The notes under the pieces are model-generated. The model saw nothing but the letters and a program-made list of their open reading frames with translations. It did no database searches and was not told where the DNA came from. 64,000 nucleotides of DNA from Malacoraja senta (lineage: Eukaryota): positions 2,730,001 to 2,794,000 of the forward strand of contig CM075993.1 in the NCBI GenBank assembly GCA_038087875.1, read 5' to 3'. Positions 43,931 to 58,477 of this stretch are shown piece after piece (the first letter of the stretch is position 1; the number at the start of each line of letters is the position of its first letter). Position numbers and translations under genes: made by a program.

Positions 43931-44677
43931 GTTGTTGGCTGCAACCTTCCCTCCATTGACGAACTGTGCACTGCAAGGGCCAGCAAACGAGCGGGCAAGA
44001 TCATCTCTGACCCCTCTCACCCTGGCCACAAACTCTTTGAATCACTTCCCTCTGGAAGGCAACTCCGGACTGTCAAAGCTGCCACAGCCAGACATAAGTC
44101 AAGTCAAGTCAAGTCAAGTCACATTTATTTATATAGCACATTTAAAAAACAACTCTCGTTGGCCAAAGTGCTTTACATTTGTTATAAGAATAGCACAAAC
44201 AAAACAAACTACATACATATATACATGTAGCCCTCACTCAGAGGACGTCAGGAAAGGCTTGGGAGTATAGATAAGTCTTTAGTCTTGACTTAAAAGAGTC
44301 GATGGAGGGGGAAGTTCTGATGGAGAAGGGGGATGCTGATCCACAGTCTAGGGGCTGCAACCGCAAAGGCCCGGTCGCCCCTGACCTTATGCCTCGACCG
44401 TGGGATATTCAGCAACCCCAAGTCGGACGATCATAAAAACAGCTTATTTCCACGAATAGTAGCTCTACTCAATAACCAGAAGTCTGTAGCCTCCTTTTGC
44501 TCTGGTATTTAATTTCATTCACGTTTCAACTGTAATGTTTTATTATTAATGTTTAAAGTTTTATGTGTCATTCTTAATTGTTTACTGCATGTCGTGTTGT
44601 CCCTTGCGGGCGGAGCACCAAGGCAAATTCCTTGTATGTGAATACTTGGGCCGATAAACTTATTCATTCATTCATTC
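43931..44677 (+). mobile_element. Rex1/Babar-type LINE 3' fragment interrupted by an antisense L2-like 3' end (about 44097-44431)
   Basis: VVGCNLPSIDEL..KIISDPSHPGHKLFESLPSGR; cataa duplicated around the insert, which has an (aagtc)n tail; host ends in (attc)n. The same tail occurs at 31157-31383. Confidence 0.78.
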
Positions 44678-44704
44678 AAGGTTGGTGAAGGGTGGTCGAC
44701 CTAC

Positions 44705-44849
44705 CTGAGGACGGCGTCATTGGCGTTGCCACCAGCCCGTTCACGTTGAAGGCTGCCATCTGCTGCATCTGCGCTGCGGCAATGGCGGCCATCGGGTTCA
44801 GGTAGGTGCCCTGTGCTGCCGCCATCAACGCTGCCTGCTGCTGCATCAG
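44705..44849 (-). CDS. CELF6: CELF coding exon (Q/A-rich linker; 145 nt)
   Basis: [48 protein letters not shown](G). Acceptor ctcttccag, donor gtaggt. Confidence 0.95.
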
Positions 44850-44939
44850 CTGGAAGAGAGAAGGAAGACTGAGACTCCCTGGACGGGGACCACCGCCTAC
44901 AGGTAGCATGGCGGCGATCGGCACAAAAAGCTGCAATGA

Positions 44940-45072
44940 TGGGCCTGTCCCACTTAGGCGACTCTTTAGGCGACTGCCAGGGAATAGTTCTAATGGAATT
45001 CACCTACGACACCTGGCGACAACCTACGACAGCAAAAACTGTCGCCACTGTCGGCAAAAAAATTTCGACATG
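44940..45072. mobile_element. Truncated Harbinger-type MITE about 90 nt upstream of a CELF acceptor
   Basis: Single TIR gggcctgtcccacttaggcga; interior like 18678-18835. Confidence 0.65.
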
Positions 45073-45421
45073 TCTCGACCCAAAACGTCGCCTATTCCTT
45101 CTCTCCATAGATGCTGCCGCATAGCACGCACTCGCTGAGTTTCTCCAGCATTTTTGTCTACGTTCGATTTTTCCAGCATCTGCAGTTCTTTCTCAAGCAT
45201 ACCTCCTCTGGCAGCTCGTTCCATACAACTGCCACCCTCAGTGTGATTAAGTTACCCCTCAGATGTTTCCCCCTTCACCTGGAGGGATGCTAACATCGGA
45301 TAATGGGCAATCAATGAGCGGGCTGGACTGGGTGGGCCGAAGGGCCTGTCTCCATGCTGCCTCCTTAGGGCCAAGCGATGTAGTGTGGTGATTGCGGGTG
45401 GCACTGGGCCCGGTTACATAC

Positions 45422-45565
45422 CGCCTGTGTGTAAGCTCCATACGCGCCAAACTGGATTGCCATTGGGTTGAAGATGCCCAGTTGCCCTGCCATCTGGTGC
45501 ATACGTCGAAGAGTGCGTTCCTTATCCGTGTCAGCAAATTTCACCACCAGACTCGACGATGCCCC
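45422..45565 (-). CDS. CELF6: CELF coding exon (end of RRM2, start of linker; 144 nt)
   Basis: [48 protein letters not shown]. Acceptor tttctccag, donor gtatgt. Confidence 0.95.
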
Positions 45566-45679
45566 CTGGAGAAAGGAAGAGGGATGTTCAGGGCAAGACC
45601 GAGCTCTTTGGCGGCCAGTCATAAGGTCATACTGTACGTGATAGGACTAGAACTAGGCCATTCGGCCCATCAAATCTGC

Positions 45680-46190
45680 TCCGTACTAATCAAGAATCTA
45701 TCTATCTCTGCCTTAAAACTATCCACTGACTTGGCCTCCACACCCTTCAGTGGCAAAGAATTCCACAGATTCACCACCCTCTGACTAAAATAAATTTCTC
45801 CTAATCTCCGTCCTAAAAGAACGGCCTTTAATTCTGAGGCTGTGACCTCTAGTCCTAGACTCTCCCACTAGTGGAAACATCCTCTCCACATCCACTCTAT
45901 CCAAGCCTTTCACGATTCTGTACGCTTCAATGAGGCACCCCCTCATCTTTCTAAACTCCAGTGAGTACAGGCCCAGTGCCGTCAAACGCTCATCATATGT
46001 TAACCCACTCATTCCTGGGATCATTCTTGTAAACCTCCTCAGGACCCTCTCCAGAGCCAGCACATCCTTCCTCAGATATGGGGCCCAAAATTGCTCACAA
46101 TATTTTCAAATGTGGCCTGACCAGTGCCTTGTAGAGCCTCAGCGTTACATCCCTGTTTTTATCTACAAGCCCATCTCGAAATAAATGCTA
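45680..46190 (-). mobile_element. CR1-clade LINE 3' fragment
   Basis: ORF 45785-46063 LERVLRRFTRMIPGM..LGLYSLEFRK. Confidence 0.88.
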
Positions 46191-46243
46191 TATCACAAAA
46201 TGTATGTCCTACATCACTAGACTAACCATTCATTCCAAAAGTA

Positions 46244-46805
46244 TATCTGGAGTATTGTGTGCAGTTTTGGTCCCCTAATTTGAGGAAGGACATTCTTGCT
46301 ATTGAGGGAGTGCAGCGTAGGTTTACAAGGTTAATTCCCGGGATGGCGGGACTGTCATATGCTGAGAGAATGGAGCAGCTGGGCTTGTACACTCTGGAGT
46401 TTAGAAGGATGAGAGGGCATCTCATTGAAACATATAAGATTGTTAAGGGCTTGGACACACACGAGGCAGGAATCATGTTCCCGATGTTGGGGGAGTCCAG
46501 AACCAGGGGCCACAGTTTAAGAATACTGAGTAAGCCATTTAGAACGGAGACGAGGAAACACTTTTTCTCACAGAGAGTGGTGAGTCTGTGGAATTCTCTG
46601 CCTCAGAGGGCGGTGGAGGCCAGTTCTCTGGATGCTTTCAAGAGAGAGCTAGATAGGGCTCTTAAAAATAGCGGAGTCAGGGGATATGGGGAGAAGGCAG
46701 GAACGGGGTACTGATTGGGGATGATCAGCCATGATCACATTGAATGGCGGTGCTGGCTCGAAGGGCCAAATGGCCTACTCTTGCACCTATTGTCTATTGT
46801 CTATA
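46244..46805 (+). mobile_element. CR1-clade LINE 3' fragment (ORF2 C-terminus and tail)
   Basis: [48 protein letters not shown]; (ctattgt)n tail. Confidence 0.9.
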
Positions 46806-47358
46806 TCATTGGCTTTGGCTGCCTGGTGTTAAGAATTGAATTGAATTGAGTTGAATACATTATTTGCTTGTGTACCTTGCCAAGGTATGCAAATAGACGC
46901 CACATAAAGGGCGTTTCCAAAGTTACAAATCCCCCCCACCCCCCACCCCACCCCATGCCAGTTCCCCCTTCGTTCTTCCCCCCTCATTCCTCCCTCATGG
47001 CAGCTCCCCGAACGCCGGGTCCACTAAGAAAGGTGCCACGTAAATGCAAACCTCTCTTCCTCTCATCCAGCCTCACCGGCTGACCAACAATTTCGCTGGC
47101 AACCTGTTTTTTGTTTTTTAATGCTTCGTTCATTTGCCAAGTGGAATGACGACAACAATAATAGTTTTTAAAAATTGCTTCCCTGGGAGAACCCCCCCCC
47201 CCCCCCCACGCACATTTTTGACTCCGGCTACTTTACCAAAGTGAAACTATATGAATTGCCACATCCTGCACCCATCAAAGATGGCATATCAATAAAAATC
47301 AATTCCTTAGTTCCGTCCACAACGGATCGCTGGTCGGTGCAGACTCGGTGGGCCGAGT

Positions 47359-47836
47359 CTGATTCCTGGGATGTCAGGACTGTCTTATGAAGAAAGACTG
47401 GATAGACTTGGTTTATACTCTCTAGAATTTAGGAGATTGAGAGGGGATCTTATAGAAACTTACAAAATTCTTAAGGGGTTGGACAGGCTAGATTCAGGAA
47501 GATTGCTCCCGATGTTGGGGAAGTCCAGGACAAGGGGTCACAGCTTAAGGATAAGGGGGAAATCCTTTAAAACCGAGATGAGAAGAACTTTTTTCACACA
47601 GAGAGTGGTGAATCTCTGGAACTCTCTGCCACAGAGGGTAGTTGAGGCCAGTTCTTTGGCTATATTTAAGAGGGAGTTAGATGTGGCCCTTGTGGCTAAA
47701 GGGATCAGAGGGTATGGAGAGAAGGCAGGTACGGGATACTGAGTTGGATGATCAGCCATGATCATATTGAATGGCGGTGCAGGCTCGAAGGGCCGAATGG
47801 CCTACTCCTGCACCTAATTTCTATGTTTCTATGTTT
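47359..47836 (+). mobile_element. CR1-clade LINE 3' fragment
   Basis: ORF 47371-47742 SYEERLDRLGLYSLEFRRLRGDLIETYK; (tttctatg)n tail. Confidence 0.9.
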
Positions 47837-49322
47837 CCGCGCTGTATCTCTAAACTAAACAAAGGAGGGAGATGACTGAACTGTATTGCCTTTCGTCACA
47901 GTGAGAAATGTTGATTCCGCTGTGGGTGGATGTTTATGTTAAATTGTATCGTGAGTTGTGTTCTCTTTTTATTCGTGTGGCTGTATGGTAACTCAAATCC
48001 CACTCTACCAATTGGTGCATGAGACAATACATGTAACTTCAACTTGAGAATGGCATTTTTCTGAGCTGCCTGAATTCAGATCTAATTCTGTCTGAGAGTA
48101 CACTCAGTGTACAGCCTATTGGGTCATTCTGATGAAGAAATAATGTAATAATCGTCTTTGACCTGGTAGCTTAAGTCAATTTTAACTGTTGTCCAAGTCT
48201 TAAGAATAACAGGCAACGCTGCAAAATGTTTTACACAAATATAGTTAAACAATGGTTGAACTTTCTTAGGCACAAAAAGCTGGAGTAACTCAGCAGGTCA
48301 GACAGCAGGTACACAAAAATGCTGGAGAAACTCAGCGGGTGCAGCAGCATCTATGGAGCGAAGGAAATAGGCAACGTTTCGGGCCGAAACCCTGAAGGAA
48401 ATAGGCAACGTTTCGGGACGAAACCCGGAAGGGTTTCGGCCCGAAACGTTGCCTATTTCCTTCGCTCCATAGATGCTGCTGCACCCGCTGAGTTTCTCCA
48501 GCAGGTAGACAAAAACGCTGGAGAAACTCAGCGGGTGCAGCAGCATCTATGGAGCGAAGGAAATAGGTAACGTTTCGGGCCGAAACCCTTCTTCAGACTG
48601 ATAGGGGGTGGGGAGAAGAAAGGAAAAAAGGACAAAGGCGGAGGAGGAGCCCGAGGGCTGATGAAGGGGAGGGGACAGCAAGGGCTAGCAGAATTGGGAG
48701 AATTCAATGTGGAAGAAGAAGGTCAGACAGCATACCTTCGATTTTCCAGCATCTGCAGTTCCTTCTTGAACACCAGGTCAGATAGCATCTCTGGAGAGAA
48801 GGAATGGGTGTTGTTTCAGGTCTTCAGGCCCAAAACGTTTCGACCTGAAACATCAACTATTTATTTTCTCCAGAGATGTTGTCTGACCGACTGAGTTACT
48901 CCAGCTTTTCGTGTCTATGCTTGGTTTAAACCAGCATCTGCAGTTCCTTCCTTTTCTTGCTTTGGAGTTTTCGTTGACTTGGTCAGTCGAACTCTTACCT
49001 GGGAATCGAGAAGCTGAGATGACAAGATATTTCGCCTATTAGAGATTTTTGTTCAGAGATACAGCACGGAAACAGGCCCTTCGGCCCACCGAGTCCTCAT
49101 CGACCAGCGATCCCCGCACATTAACACCATCCTACACACACTAGGGCCAATTTACACATACACCAAGACAATTAACCTACATACCTATGTAAGAAGGGGT
49201 GTGGAGGTAACCAAAGATCTCGGAGAAAACGCATGCAGTTACGGGGAGAATGTACAAACTCCGTACAGACAGCACCCGTAGTCGGGATCGAACCCGGTTC
49301 TCCTGCGCTGCAAGTGCTGTAA

Positions 49323-49822
49323 AGGGGCTGTCCCACTGCGGCAACCTAATTGGCGAGTTTAGAAGAGTTTAGGAGAGTTTGAAAAAATGTCATGTTGAAG
49401 ACCTCCTTCCACTATGTTGAAGATTAGCTACGACTAGCTTCGGGAAAATTGGACACTGAATAGAGGAGAGTGAAGACGACCTCCCTTCGACTATGATGAA
49501 GACTATCTACGACTACCTTCGACTACCCTTGATTACCTACGACTAACATGGCCGACCTACTACGACCTACTTCGACTAAACCTACGAGTAAAAAAAGTAT
49601 CGATTTTTTCCATGGCGACATTTTTTTACTCTAGGGCATTTTCAGCTTGTTGCAAAGTACTCCACGACCTAGCTGAGGCCTCGAGTACGCGGGGACTACT
49701 CTCGAGCATGAAGGAGAGTTACAAAGACCTCTTAGGACCTCGTGTCGCCCATGCTGCGAGTATGAGTCGAGGGCAAACTCGCCAGAACTCACGGATTAGG
49801 TCGCCCAAGTGGGACAGCCCCT
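49323..49822. mobile_element. PIF/Harbinger-type MITE nested in a SINE
   Basis: TIRs aggggctgtcccact / agtgggacagcccct; flanks TAA and TTA. Confidence 0.86.
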
Positions 49823-50311
49823 TTAGGCAGCAACTCTACCGCTGCGCCATCGTGCCGCCATAGTTGACACCAACTTTGTGTTCTCAGTGGATATTTTTAA
49901 GGATAAATTCTGGATTAGTACGGGTGTCAGGGGTTATGGGGAGAAGGCAGTAGAATGGGGTGAGGAGGGAGAGTTAGATCAGCCATGATTGAATGGCGGA
50001 GTAGACTTGGTGGGCCGAATGGCCAAATTCTGCTCCTATCACTTACTGTATGTCCTTCTTGATGACGGAGGCGATAGATGGGAGAGAGAGTCACAGCGGA
50101 AGCCGAGGACTTTGGTGGATGGTCGGAAAAATGGAGATGATGTAGTGAGACCAGGCAGGTTGAGCGAAATATTCTTTATTAACATTAAACAAATGCTCGC
50201 AACACCGCGGTACCTAGCCTAGAACTAACGATTACAGCTCCCGTCGATGCGAGGAGCGTTAACTAGTAATTAATCTGAAAAGCCCACGAACGAACCCCCA
50301 GTCCCGGCCAA

Positions 50312-50680
50312 TGACGAGGGTTCTGAATACCCATCCCCGTTGACGAGGGTTCTGAATACCCATCCCCGTTGACGAGGGTTCTGAATACCCATCCCCGTTG
50401 ACGAGGGTTCTGAATACCCATCCCCGTTGACGAGGGTTCTGAATACCCATCCCCGTTGACGAGGGTTCTGAATACCCATCCCCGTTGACGAGGGTTCTGA
50501 ATACCCATCCCCGTTGACGAGGGTTCTGAATACCCATCCCCGTTGACGAGGGTTCTGAATACCCATCCCCGTTGACGAGGGTTCTGAATACCCATCCCCG
50601 TTGACGAGGGTTCTGAATACCCATCCCCGTTGACGAGGGTTCTGAATACCCATCCCCGTTGACGAGGGTTCTGAATACCC
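50312..50680. repeat. Perfect 29-bp minisatellite (tgacgagggttctgaatacccatccccgt), about 12.7 units
   Basis: Identical head-to-tail units with no spacers. Confidence 0.97.
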
Positions 50681-51059
50681 AGGTGCCGCTACAATGGCCA
50701 AATCTTACGAGGAAATGGCCATTGTAGCCCCTCGTGTTCTTGCAGAAGGCGAGGAGCGGTTGTTTCCGCTCTGCACGTGGATGGAAGAAGCTCACCTGAG
50801 ATGTCAAGTCCAGCTAAGGGTTGTTAACAGAAGGTAGAAACCGCACCAAATTTGCCAAAGGCCTGGATTAGCCAAAGGCCTGGACCTTGCCGACTAAGCA
50901 AGAACTTCCCGCCATTTTAATGGGTCGACTGTCGGAGTCCGCGCGGTGGAAGCATTCACTTGGATCAACAAGGGATGATCGCATATCATCTTTACAGAGA
51001 GCACAACGCAAATGGCAGGCCAGAAATTATTCATGAGATTGTTTTAATGTCTGACTTAC

Positions 51060-51139
51060 TGGCATGGTTTGACTTCCGTGCAGGCTGTTGATGGCGGTTT
51101 GGGCCTCTGCGTGCGATGAATATTTTACAAATGCACAGC
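51060..51139 (-). CDS. CELF6: CELF coding exon (RRM2 RNP1; 80 nt, phase 1-0); absent from the ORF track
   Basis: Manual translation [27 protein letters not shown]. Acceptor cttctcgcag, donor gtaagt. In frame with both neighbouring exons. Confidence 0.95.
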
Positions 51140-51790
51140 CTGCGAGAAGGAAAGAACGAGACAGGATTGCAGCCGGTATTATCTCAATGCATGATTACCG
51201 CCCATGATGCTGACGCCCAACGACAGGAACATGTCATAAAATCTAGTCCTTCTGACCATCTATGCATGCTAGCACACAAGCTCCGTTATTTCCCATCCAA
51301 CCTGCTCGCCACGCTCCTCTCTGTGAATTAAACATTCATCCCCTTGCACGTAGCTGCCTCTCTGGTGTACAAAGCTTTACGCCGTACCTCCTTACACGTG
51401 ACAATAAACTAAACTGACCTAAAGTGAACTAAACTTAACTAAACTAAATTGACTTGAACTGAACCAAACTTGTGGTATCAAGCCAGAATACTCCGATAGT
51501 CTCTTCTCAAATCCCATTTTAGACTTTAGACTTTAGAGAATTAACGTAGAAACAGGCCCTTCGGCCCACCGAGTCTCTGCCAGCCAGTGATCACCCCGTA
51601 CACTAACACTATCCTATACACACTGGGGCTAATTTTACAATCTTACCGAAGCCAATGAATGTACAAATCTGTACATCTTTGCAGTGTGGGAGAAAACTGG
51701 AGAAAACCCACGTGGTCACGGGGAGAACGTACAAACTCCGTAAAGACAGCACCCACAGTCAGGATCGAAGCCGGGTCTCTGGCGCTATAA

Positions 51791-52009
51791 AGGGCCGGTC
51801 CCGCTTTCACGACCTAATTCACGACCTTTTTTTACTCGTGGACATTTTTCATCAGGCTAGAAAAAAACGCCCCGACCTACTTGATGCCACGAGTACCTAC
51901 GACTAGCATCACGGCCTACTACGACCTTGTGACGACCATGCTGCGAGTACGAGTCAAGGGCAAACTCGGCAGAGATCGTGAATTAGGTCGTGAAAGTGGG
52001 ACAGGCCCT
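51791..52009. mobile_element. PIF/Harbinger-type MITE nested in a SINE
   Basis: Same family as 35084-35309 in opposite orientation; TAA on both sides. Confidence 0.88.
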
Positions 52010-52128
52010 TAAGGCAGCAGCTCTACCACTGCGCTCCCCTTTATCTTAGTATCACGTTCTGTACGGACATTGTGGGCTGAAGGGCCTGTTCCAGTGCTGT
52101 ACTTTTCCATGTTCTATGTGAGATATCT

Positions 52129-52269
52129 TCTTCTTCTTGCGTATGGCGTGCACAGCCTAAAGTTGCAGGACAACTTGTTCTGTTTGATCTTATTTGACTG
52201 TGCACGCCATTATTTGATTGCGTTCGTGGAAACAGGGCGGGCCAAGTGAAGGTTGCAACCTCCCACCCC
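52129..52269 (-). mobile_element. Short retroposon with (GAA)n tail and 11-bp TSD
   Basis: gtgagatatct duplicated at 52118-52128 and 52270-52280; internal 13-bp inverted repeat. Confidence 0.78.
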
Positions 52270-52500
52270 GTGAGATATCTAATGTGGGAGGAGAGCAAGG
52301 ATTGCCGAAGAGATAACCAACGATGATAGCCTTCCATCACAGTGAGGAGGTGCCTGGTGGACTCACTGTGGTGGATGGTAAACTGTGTTAAGTGTGTGTT
52401 TTGTTGTTTTTATTCTATGTTATGACGGCAAGGTTTACACTTTCGTTCAGACTGCAAAGTCTGCATGACCATAAAGGATACTTTACTTTGCTTTACCAAC

Positions 52501-52629
52501 CTTTGCTTGTTCCATCGGGACCTCTAAGAATGGTGCACTCTTCAATCGAACCAAAAGATTCAAACAGCTGTCTGACATCATCCTCTGTCTGTTGTTTCCC
52601 CAGCATCCCCACAAAGAGCTTTCTGTCTT
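52501..52629 (-). CDS. CELF6: CELF-family RNA-binding protein, coding exon (RRM2 first part; 129 nt, phase 1-1)
   Basis: Encodes (E)[42 protein letters not shown](G). Acceptor ctgtttcag, donor gttggt. Paralog call (CELF6 rather than CELF3/4/5) rests on recalled linker sequence and is less certain than the family call. Confidence 0.93.
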
Positions 52630-53078
52630 CTGAAACAGAGAAAGGGCATCTTAATCCTCGAAGGTTTTTAGTTGAGTTTAGTTCAGAGTTACAGCGCGGG
52701 AACAGGCCCTTCGGCCCACCGAGTCCGCGCCGACCAGCGATCCCCGCACACGCTAACACTATCCTACACACACAAGGGACAATTTTCATTTACACCAATC
52801 CGATTAACCTGCAAACCTGCACGTCTTTGGGGTGCGGGAGGAAACCGAAAGTCTCGGAGAAAAACCCAGGCAGGTCACGGGGAGAAAGTACAAACTCCGT
52901 ACAGACAGCACCCGTGGCCAGGATCGAACCCGTGACTCTGGTGCCACATTGCAGTAGCTCTATCAATGCCGCCTGGTCGAAGGTGCCAAAGGCCATTTCA
53001 AATTACTGTGGTTTTACAAAGGCATATTTACACCTTACACTTCATTATCTCTGTGTCTCCCTCTCCCCGACTCTCAGT

Positions 53079-53106
53079 CTGAAGAAGGGTCTCGACCCGA
53101 AACGTC
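53079..53106 (+). ncRNA. Minimal type-I hammerhead ribozyme-like motif of a Penelope pLTR (representative copy)
   Basis: CTGAAGA-A-GGGT(CTCG)ACCC-GAAAC-GTC. Palindromic ACGT instead of stem III; stem I only about 2 bp, so activity is uncertain. Confidence 0.6.
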
Positions 53107-53371
53107 ACCCATCCCTTCTCTCCAGAGATGCTGCCTGTCCCGCTGAGTTACTCCAGCGTCTTGTGTCTATCTTCAGCTTAAACCAGCATCTGCAGTTCCA
53201 TCTTACTTATTTAGTGCAAGGTCGACACCAATAAAGTCCGATTAAAGATGAAAGATGAAAGTATAAAGATTAAAGATAAAAGCTGGGTCGGGCAGCATCT
53301 CTGGAGGACATGGATAGGGGACGTTTCTGGTTGGGACCCTTCTTCAGACTGATTGTGGGGGACGAAAGACA

Positions 53372-55391
<2,020 letters not shown>

Positions 55392-55717
55392 ACATTTCTT
55401 TATTTTTTCCTACGGCCCGCAAAAATGTGCCAAATATATAACGTGTCCCTCATGCTGAAAAGTTTGAAGGCCCCGCTCTCAACTAAACTAAACTAAACTA
55501 AATTAAACATCATGCATTGACACTAATCCCTTTATGAAGAGTAATCTACCAATTCATGATTATCACAGACTTAACCAATGCATAGTCTTCCTGCGTCTCT
55601 TTGATCCTCTCAAAGGTTAAATATCTATAAAATGTCATCCACCATAGGACTAGAGCAAGGTGCCAGCTCTTCACTGAGTTCAGTAGAATCTTATGTCAGT
55701 CTCCTATGTATCACCAG

Positions 55718-56446
55718 GGGGAGCTGGGACGATGGCTGCCCTGCCGCCAGTCTGTTCGTTATCCCATGCTTTTTGTTATTTTTTAGTGTGTTAAAAGTCT
55801 GTTTGAATGTTCTTCGGTTTGTCTTATGTGGGGGAGATAGGGGAGGGTAATCTTTTTTTCAAGATCCTACCTTGCCGGAGATGTGATTAATTTTCGGATC
55901 ACGTTCTCCGGGCCCTGCGGACTTCCATCGGAAGCCTCCTCGGACTGTCGTGAGCCCCACCGCGGGGTGCGGACCTAACATCGGAGCTGATCCCTTGCGC
56001 GACCACCGCGGATGTTACCATCAAGAGCTCGCAGTCTCGGGAGAGGCCGAGTCGGCCAGCTCCAACGTCGCGGAAGGTTCGACCAGCCCCGACGCGAGGT
56101 TCGATCGCCCGGCGCGGGGGGAGCTGACATCCCCCCCGAAGCGGGAGCAGATCGCCTCGACGCGGAGGGCCTCGAAAGCCGCCGGCTACGGGAGCCAAGA
56201 TCGTCCCATCAACGGGGGCTCGAGGCCCCCGACCGAGGAAGAACTAAGGGAAGGGACTTGAACTTCATTTCGCCTTCCATCACAATGAGGAATGTGGAGG
56301 AGTCACTGTGGTGGATGTTCATGTTAAAATGTGTTTTTGAGTGAGTCTGTTGCTTTTAATTGTATGACTGACCTGGCCAGCGAAATTCCTCGTATGTTGC
56401 AAAACATACTTGGCGAATAAAGTGTGATTCTGATTCTGATTCTGAT
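55718..56446 (+). mobile_element. Unclassified GC-rich non-LTR retroposon with (attctg)n tail; related copy at 20418-20950
   Basis: 56121-56446 aligns by eye with 20418-20557 plus 20769-20950; AATAAA then microsatellite tail. A related element lies at 60662-61180. Confidence 0.7.
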
Positions 56447-56742
56447 CAGCTTCTGAAGGACACTAAATCACACAATCCAATATTCCCTTGCAAACCCCTA
56501 GTAGGAATTAAATGATATACTGTATGTGTACATTTCTTATTTTATCTCCAATTCTCGGCAGAGATCTCTGTCTACTGTGTATTTTTAAGTATTAAGCAGA
56601 CAATCCATTTCTGAATACCAGATTTATTATATGGTGTTAACACACACAAATTCTGTCCATATTATTTAATTGTTTCTCACCATGACTTGAATCATAATTT
56701 AGTTTCCTTTTCAATCGACCTCCCTTCAACTCGCTCCCCTTA

Positions 56743-57035
56743 TGGGCCTGTCCCACTTGGCGATTTTTTTTTTAGGCGACTGTCATAGTCGTAGCAGGTC
56801 GCCGAAAAAACCGGCAACAACCTACGACAGCATCTACTCAGGAGAAGTCAAGCTACGCTCATTGGCGTCAAACCCAATGTCGCCTACATTTTTTCCAACA
56901 TGGTGAAAATTTAGCGGCGATCAGGAAGACGCTACGACCTTTGGAGCGACTGAGGAGACGACTCACGGCGACCACTGGTGAACATGTGGCGACGAACTAG
57001 TTGCCTGAAAAAATCACCTAAGTGGGACAGGCCCA
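56743..57035. mobile_element. PIF/Harbinger-type MITE
   Basis: TIRs tgggcctgtcccactt / aagtgggacaggccca; TTA on both sides. Confidence 0.88.
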
Positions 57036-57173
57036 TTAAGGTTTGGCCAAAGAAAGCACAATTGTGTTCCAAGCCTCCATGTGCAATATATTTGCATTAA
57101 TAATGCTTTGTTAATTTTAAACTAAAAACTAATGAAACATAAGAGCAGAATGTGTCCATCAGAACTTCCAAAA

Positions 57174-57486
57174 GTTTAGTTTAGAGATATAACGCGGAAA
57201 CAGGCCCTTCGGCCCATTGAGTCCGCACCGACCAGCGATCCCCACACACTAACACTATCCTACACGCTCTGGGGACAATTTTACATTTACACCGAGCCAA
57301 TTAACCTCCAAACCTGTACGTCTTTGGAGGGTGGGAGGAAACCGAAGATCTCGGAGAAAACCCACGCAGGTCACGGGGAGAACGTACAAACTCCGTACGC
57401 GTACAAGCACCCGTGGTCGGGATCGAACTCAGGACCCGGGGCTCTGGTGCCGTAAATCGGGCGACTCTACCCGCTGCGCCACCGTG
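57174..57486 (-). mobile_element. Near full-length V-SINE/HE1-like SINE
   Basis: cacggtggcgcagcgggtagag head, gttcgatccc B-box, CR1-like tail. Confidence 0.82.
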
Positions 57487-58277
57487 ACCAGGGATGGGTG
57501 GGAAAATAATCTGTGATGCTACAATGAAGGATCAATTGAATTTACCCATGAAGTGATGCTAGGAAGAGCCAGCACGGGCACGATGGGCTGAATGGCCTCC
57601 GTGCCTGCGCTTTTCACACTTGTATCGTTCACCGTTGTCCATTCCATGCTCCATCCCCCCAAGTTTCTACCCCCCTTTACTCTCTTCAGCTCCCCTCTCC
57701 CGTCTCCTCTCCTTCACCTTAACCCTTTACACCAAACCCATCAAAAGAAAAAGCAGTGTTTCCAACTTTCCCCTCATCCTGAACAACATAGACATAGAAA
57801 TATAGAAAATATGTGCAGGAGTAGGCCATTCGGCCCTTCAAGCCAGCACCGCCATTCAATATGATCATGGCTGATCATCCAGAATCAGTACCCCGTTCCT
57901 GCCTTCTCCCATATCCCTTGATTCCGTTACCCCCGAAGAGCTCTATCTAACTCTCTCTTGAAAACATCCAGTGAATTGTCTTCGGAGGGAGGAGAAGAAC
58001 TTCCACTGCCTTCTGTGGCAGAGAATTCACACACAGATTCACAAATCGATAGTACAGTTGTCAGCGGTTATGGGGAGAAGGCAGGAGAATGGGGTTGAGA
58101 GGGGTAGATAGATCAGCCTGTGTTCAGCGTACATCGTGAAATGGAGGATTCATAAGGTCATAAGCGATTGGAGCAGAATTAGGCCATTCGGCCCATCAAA
58201 GTCTACTCCCGCCATTCAATCATGGCTGATCTATCTCTCCCTCCCATTCTCCTGCCTTCTCCCCATAACCCCTGACA

Positions 58278-58477
58278 NNNNNNNNNNNNNNNNNNNNNNN
58301 NNNNNNNNNNNNNNNNNNNNNNNNNNNNNNNNNNNNNNNNNNNNNNNNNNNNNNNNNNNNNNNNNNNNNNNNNNNNNNNNNNNNNNNNNNNNNNNNNNNN
58401 NNNNNNNNNNNNNNNNNNNNNNNNNNNNNNNNNNNNNNNNNNNNNNNNNNNNNNNNNNNNNNNNNNNNNNNNNNNNN
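58278..58477. other. Assembly gap (200 N)
   Basis: Run of N. Confidence 0.99.

Noticed and set aside
46259..46714. Active LINE ORF
   Set aside because: Only a 5'-truncated ORF2 C-terminus; no RT or endonuclease core in the window.
50312..50680. CRISPR array or tandem hammerhead
   Set aside because: Units are contiguous with no spacers; tgacga plus a stem lacks the GAAA and NUH elements; eukaryotic context.
52392..53234. 280-aa plus-strand ORF
   Set aside because: Antisense to a CELF exon plus SINE and pLTR sequence.
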